From the NCBI GenBank assembly GCA_050178385.1, contig JBFXGD010000108.1, positions 1-11,768 on the forward strand: DNA of 11,768 nt, given 5' to 3'. Position numbers and translations under genes: made by a program. The notes below the pieces were generated by a model. The model did no database searches and was not told where the DNA came from. It saw nothing but the letters and a program-made list of their open reading frames with translations. The stretch comes from Calditrichaceae bacterium. GTDB taxonomy: Bacteria > Calditrichota > Calditrichia > Calditrichales > JBFXGD01. This document shows, piece by piece, positions 7,957 through 11,768 of the stretch (its first letter is position 1; each line of letters opens with the position of its first letter).

Positions 7957-8529
7957 CTATTTCGTTTTGACTTCTTCATTTACGATATCTGACCGGTCCA
8001 GCAGAAATTCTATATTTTTTCCGCCGATTTTTTCCAAAAACGTCCTGGCCTGTTCCGGATCGAAATCATCATTCTCAGCTTCAATACTTACAAAAAAAGC
8101 ATCATCCGTCACTCTGGCGAAACGATCAGAATGAAAAATCGGATGAAAAAATTGCGGCAGTTTGTTAAGAAGGAGCATACCCACAAGCGCCGTAAGCGCT
8201 GCTGAAAACACCATGACTGCAAACGCGACCGTACCGAAGGCCTGATAACTGAAAAAGGGTTTTCCTGAGACAGTTATGGGATAATCAATGGCGCTTGTCC
8301 ATCCTTCTAAGGCAAAACCCGCGAGAAAGGAGCCGATAGCGACAATGCCTACCATCCATCCCAGCGGAGACCGTTTTTCACCCATGGCGCTATCCATTCC
8401 ATGCACCGGAAACGGTGAATGACAGTCAAATTTCCTGTATCCTGAATCGCGTAGCTGTTCCGCCGCCTTTAATAACTCAGCGGGCGAACCAAATTCGGCG
8501 ATGACTCCTTCAACTTTTTTATTTTTCAT
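7957..8529 (-). CDS. actD: Alternative complex III subunit D (DUF3341 family), 190 aa
   Basis: Motifs [28 protein letters not shown], two TM helices, [20 protein letters not shown]. The start is more likely ATG 8529 (MKNKKVEG) than 8583: GGAGG lies 5 nt upstream and the overlap with actC drops to 11 nt. Confidence 0.94.
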   Translation of the reverse strand: MKNKKVEGVIAEFGSPAELLKAAEQLRDSGYRKFDCHSPFPVHGMDSAMGEKRSPLGWMVGIVAIGSFLAGFALEGWTSAIDYPITVSGKPFFSYQAFGTVAFAVMVFSAALTALVGMLLLNKLPQFFHPIFHSDRFARVTDDAFFVSIEAENDDFDPEQARTFLEKIGGKNIEFLLDRSDIVNEEVKTK

Positions 8530-9928
8530 GATGGCCTCCGCCGTTATGTCCATTGTGATGCGGATCGGCCTGCGGGAGAACACCCTTCACTTCCGATATG
8601 GCAATCATTGGCAAAAAACGGATAAAAAGAAGGAACAGCGAGAAAAACAATCCAAATGAGCCGATAAAAATGCCGATATCAAAAATAGTCGGTTTATAGT
8701 AAGCCCAGCTGGATGGCAGAAAATCACGTGAAAGCGAGGAAACAACGATGACAAATCTTTCGAACCACATACCAACATTTATAAGAATGGAGGCAACGAA
8801 CATAACAGGAATACTTGTGCGCAGCTTCTTTGACCAGAAAATCTGCGGCACAATCACATTACAGGTAATCATTGTCCAGTAAGCCCATGCGTACGGACCA
8901 AATGCCCTGTTTATGAAGGCAAAGGTTTCATACTCATTCCCGCTGTACCAGGCGATAAAAAATTCCATGCCATAAGAATATCCAACCATTAGCCCTGTGA
9001 CCAGCATGATCTTGTTCATATTCTCCAGATGCCGGATCGTAATGATATGCTCCAGATTAAACACTTTCCTGGCAATAAGAGCGAGTGTCATCACCATCGC
9101 GAATCCGGAAAAGATTGCACCCGCCACAAAATATGGAGGAAAGATGGTCGTGTGCCACCCGGGAATCACACTTGTCGCAAAGTCTGTACTCACAACGCTG
9201 TGCACAGAAAGCACCAGGGGCGTTGATAATCCCGCCAGCAGCAGATAAGCCAGTTCATAATGTTTCCACTGCCTGTTTCCACCCCGCCATCCGAGAGAAA
9301 ATATTCCAAATATAATTTTTTTCAGCCTTGATTTCGCCCGGTCTCTCAGTGTCGCCAAATCGGGGATAAGTCCAACATACCAGAACATCAGCGATACTGA
9401 AAAATATGTGCTGACGGCAAATACATCCCAGAGCAGCGGGCTTCGGAAATTTGGCCACATCCCCATCTGATTCGGGATCGGAAACATCCAGTACGCAACC
9501 CAAGCACGGCCAACATGAATACCGGGAAAGATCAGCGCGCAGATTACCGCAAAGATAGTCATCGCCTCCGCGAAACGGTTAATGGACGTTCTCCATCGCT
9601 GGCGGAACAGAAACAGAACCGCGGAAATCAGAGTCCCCGCGTGTCCGATACCCACCCAGAAAACAAAATTTACGATAGCCCATCCCCACCCTACAGGGAT
9701 ATTGACCCCCCAGATTCCGATGCCCTCCCAGAACAGATACGCGATCATCGCCACCAGCATCATCGCCATAGATCCGGAAACAGCTAACAGGGCATACCAG
9801 ATCTTTGGTGTTTTTCTTTCGGTAATCGAACTGATCTGCTCTGTAATACTTGAAAAGGTCGGGTTACCGGCGATCAGAGGCGGCTCTGCCGCCTGAATAA
9901 CAGCTGAATTTTTTGTTGTGACACCCAC
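8519..9928 (-). CDS. actC: Alternative complex III subunit C (NrfD family, quinol-binding membrane subunit)
   Basis: GTG start; [43 protein letters not shown] (H138), [15 protein letters not shown] (S163, D168), [10 protein letters not shown] (H243, D249), [23 protein letters not shown]. Confidence 0.98.
   Translation of the reverse strand: MGVTTKNSAVIQAAEPPLIAGNPTFSSITEQISSITERKTPKIWYALLAVSGSMAMMLVAMIAYLFWEGIGIWGVNIPVGWGWAIVNFVFWVGIGHAGTLISAVLFLFRQRWRTSINRFAEAMTIFAVICALIFPGIHVGRAWVAYWMFPIPNQMGMWPNFRSPLLWDVFAVSTYFSVSLMFWYVGLIPDLATLRDRAKSRLKKIIFGIFSLGWRGGNRQWKHYELAYLLLAGLSTPLVLSVHSVVSTDFATSVIPGWHTTIFPPYFVAGAIFSGFAMVMTLALIARKVFNLEHIITIRHLENMNKIMLVTGLMVGYSYGMEFFIAWYSGNEYETFAFINRAFGPYAWAYWTMITCNVIVPQIFWSKKLRTSIPVMFVASILINVGMWFERFVIVVSSLSRDFLPSSWAYYKPTIFDIGIFIGSFGLFFSLFLLFIRFLPMIAISEVKGVLPQADPHHNGHNGGGHHEK
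8535..8539 (-). promoter_or_regulatory. Shine-Dalgarno (GGAGG) for actD, embedded in the 3' end of actC
   Basis: Minus strand GGC-GGAGG-CCATC-ATG-AAA-AAT; the actC stop TAA is at 8521-8519. Confidence 0.75.
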
Positions 9929-9951
9929 AGGCTTCTCATCATTTTTTGTGA

Positions 9952-11768
9952 TTAACTTATGTTTATTTTATAATTTTCCAGCTCAGGATTTGGATTGCGT
10001 AGCTTCGCCAAAAAAGTCGTTCTCGTTTTTAAATTCAGCTCACCAAGCATCGTGTAATCTCTGTTCTGTGTTTTCATTTTTGAAACCGCGCTTTCGGGAT
10101 CATTAATATTTCCGAACACGATGGCGTCAGCCGGACAACTCTGCTGGCATGCTGTCTCGATTTCACCGTCATAAACTTCCCGCTCTTCGAGCTTAGCGTT
10201 ATTTTTCGCTCCTGAGATTCTTTGGACGCAGAACGTACACTTTTCCATTACACCGCGTGAACGCACCGTCACATCAGGATTCTGCGCCATTTTGATAATT
10301 TCACCCAGATCTTTTGTATAATTAAAGAAGTTAAACCTGCGCACTTTATATGGACAGTTATTTGAACAGTATCTGGTTCCGATGCAGCGGTTATAGGTCA
10401 TGACATTCAAACCTTCATCGTCATGAACCGTCGCCTGAACCGGACAGACCTGCTCACAAGGCGCGTTCTCACAATGCTGGCATGCCACCGGCTGGTAAAC
10501 CATTTCCGGATCATCCATATCACCGGCAAAATAGCGGTCCAGTCTTATCCAGTGCATTTCCCTGCCTTTGGAAACCTGCTCCTTTCCGACAATCGGAATA
10601 TTATTCTCACTCTGACAGGCAATCACGCAAGCATTACAGCCTGAACAGGAATTAAGATCGATTGTCATTCCCCATTGATAACCCTCATCATAAACACGGT
10701 CTTCCCAGAGGGATTTCAACGGAGGGCTTTCAACCATTTCCGGAGCGAAATTTGGATGCCGGCGGTAGTGTTCCAGCGAAGCTTCACGTATAAGCGGCCG
10801 GCCTTCCATGCTGCTGTGATCCTGCGAATTAGCGAGGAGATAAGTTTCACCCGTTTTGGTTATTCCAGCACCAAGATCAAAATTCAGCGCGTCTGAAGTA
10901 CGAATTCCATAAACATCAAAACCGGTATTATTTCCAATCCTGCCCGCCGATCGCCGCCCGTACCCGACAGGAAGCGTAATCGAATAATCCGCATGACCCG
11001 GAAGCACCGAAACCGGGATAACCAGATCCCTGTCATTGTACTTCAGCCGCACAAGATCCTGGGTTTTTACTCCCAATTCAGCGGCGGTCTTTGGACTCAT
11101 TAACGCGGCATTATCCCAGGCGATTTTTGTCACCGGATCCGGCATTTCCTGCATCCAGCCGTTATTTGCATAACGCCCGTCATAAACAGCTGGGGAAGCC
11201 ATGAAAACAATCTCAAGATGATCAACAGACGCAGCGGGATAATTAAATGAGAATTTTTTAATATTTTCATTCAATAAAGATGAATTTAATCCGGGATTTA
11301 TATCTTTCAGCCCATCGGTTTCCGCTACGCCCTCATGAAGCAGTCCGCGCCATTTTTTTTCATACTCTGCCGTCGGTAAAATTTTCTGCCAGGTTTCGCG
11401 GACAATATCATATCCCCTGCGGTCCTCTCCCGATAGAATCACATTCAATAACTCTATCATGGTATGCCCACCGAAAAGCGGTTCGATCATCGGCTGAATC
11501 ACACTGCGGGATCCGTCAGCAGCCCTGGCATCCCCCCAGCTCTCCAGAAAATGCGCCTGCGGGATATGCCATTCAGTCATCTCTGAAGTCTCATCAACAT
11601 GTGTGGATAAATGAACAGAATGTTTAACTTTTTTCAGAAGTGACTTGAAATCAAATTCAGAAGGCGCGTCAAATACAGGATTTCCGCCAAAGACAATCAG
11701 TGCATCGATCTCACCCGCGGTTACTTTATCCGTGACTCTTTTAAAAGATTCAAAAGACGGAACCGATG
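9952..11768 (-). CDS. actB: Alternative complex III subunit B (molybdopterin-oxidoreductase-like domain fused to Fe-S domain); 5'-truncated by the window edge
   Basis: The frame stays open upstream of the ORF-track Met (11580) to the window edge: ...[69 protein letters not shown]. Motifs [33 protein letters not shown], and Fe-S motifs [43 protein letters not shown]...ACQQSCP. Confidence 0.97.
   Translation of the reverse strand, partial: SVPSFESFKRVTDKVTAGEIDALIVFGGNPVFDAPSEFDFKSLLKKVKHSVHLSTHVDETSEMTEWHIPQAHFLESWGDARAADGSRSVIQPMIEPLFGGHTMIELLNVILSGEDRRGYDIVRETWQKILPTAEYEKKWRGLLHEGVAETDGLKDINPGLNSSLLNENIKKFSFNYPAASVDHLEIVFMASPAVYDGRYANNGWMQEMPDPVTKIAWDNAALMSPKTAAELGVKTQDLVRLKYNDRDLVIPVSVLPGHADYSITLPVGYGRRSAGRIGNNTGFDVYGIRTSDALNFDLGAGITKTGETYLLANSQDHSSMEGRPLIREASLEHYRRHPNFAPEMVESPPLKSLWEDRVYDEGYQWGMTIDLNSCSGCNACVIACQSENNIPIVGKEQVSKGREMHWIRLDRYFAGDMDDPEMVYQPVACQHCENAPCEQVCPVQATVHDDEGLNVMTYNRCIGTRYCSNNCPYKVRRFNFFNYTKDLGEIIKMAQNPDVTVRSRGVMEKCTFCVQRISGAKNNAKLEEREVYDGEIETACQQSCPADAIVFGNINDPESAVSKMKTQNRDYTMLGELNLKTRTTFLAKLRNPNPELENYKINIS

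Noticed and set aside
8530..8583. N-terminal extension of ActD ([18 protein letters not shown])
   Set aside because: It is the alternate-frame reading of the actC tail; the GGAGG at 8539-8535 points to ATG 8529.
11578..11580. ATG 11580 as start of a stand-alone 542-aa Fe-S protein
   Set aside because: The frame is open and ActB-like ([18 protein letters not shown]) up to the window edge, so this is an internal Met.
2561..11627. The remaining short + strand ORFs and alternate-frame - strand ORFs (62-140 aa)
   Set aside because: All lie within or across well-supported act/cox/sco genes, with no recognisable motifs; expected shadow ORFs.

Overview
The window is a single minus-strand, tightly packed respiratory gene cluster, truncated at both ends. 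In transcription order: the 3' part of actB (molybdopterin-oxidoreductase-like domain fused to an Fe-S domain), actC, actD, actE, actF and an actG-like gene, i.e. Alternative Complex III (ACIII, quinol:cytochrome c oxidoreductase). These are followed by a Sco/SenC copper chaperone and a caa3-like heme-copper oxygen reductase of type A2 (subunit II with fused cytochrome c, then subunits I, III, IV). Last comes the 5' part of a CcoI/FixI-like P1B Cu-ATPase, which the ORF track misses because its stop lies outside the window. The ACIII plus caa3 architecture is a known system (e.g. Rhodothermus marinus), and I see no wholly new system, mobile element, RNA gene or CRISPR. The points most worth following up are: (1) ActD appears to have lost its usual TM2 glutamate (GCA, Ala) while carrying a Glu at the end of TM1, a possible rewiring of the quinol proton-exit route; (2) a cbb3-type assembly ATPase directly follows an A2 oxidase, behind a 69-bp spacer with dyad symmetry and a promoter-like sequence; (3) no heme O/heme A synthase gene lies in the visible cluster. 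All family assignments are from motif recognition; no searches were run.
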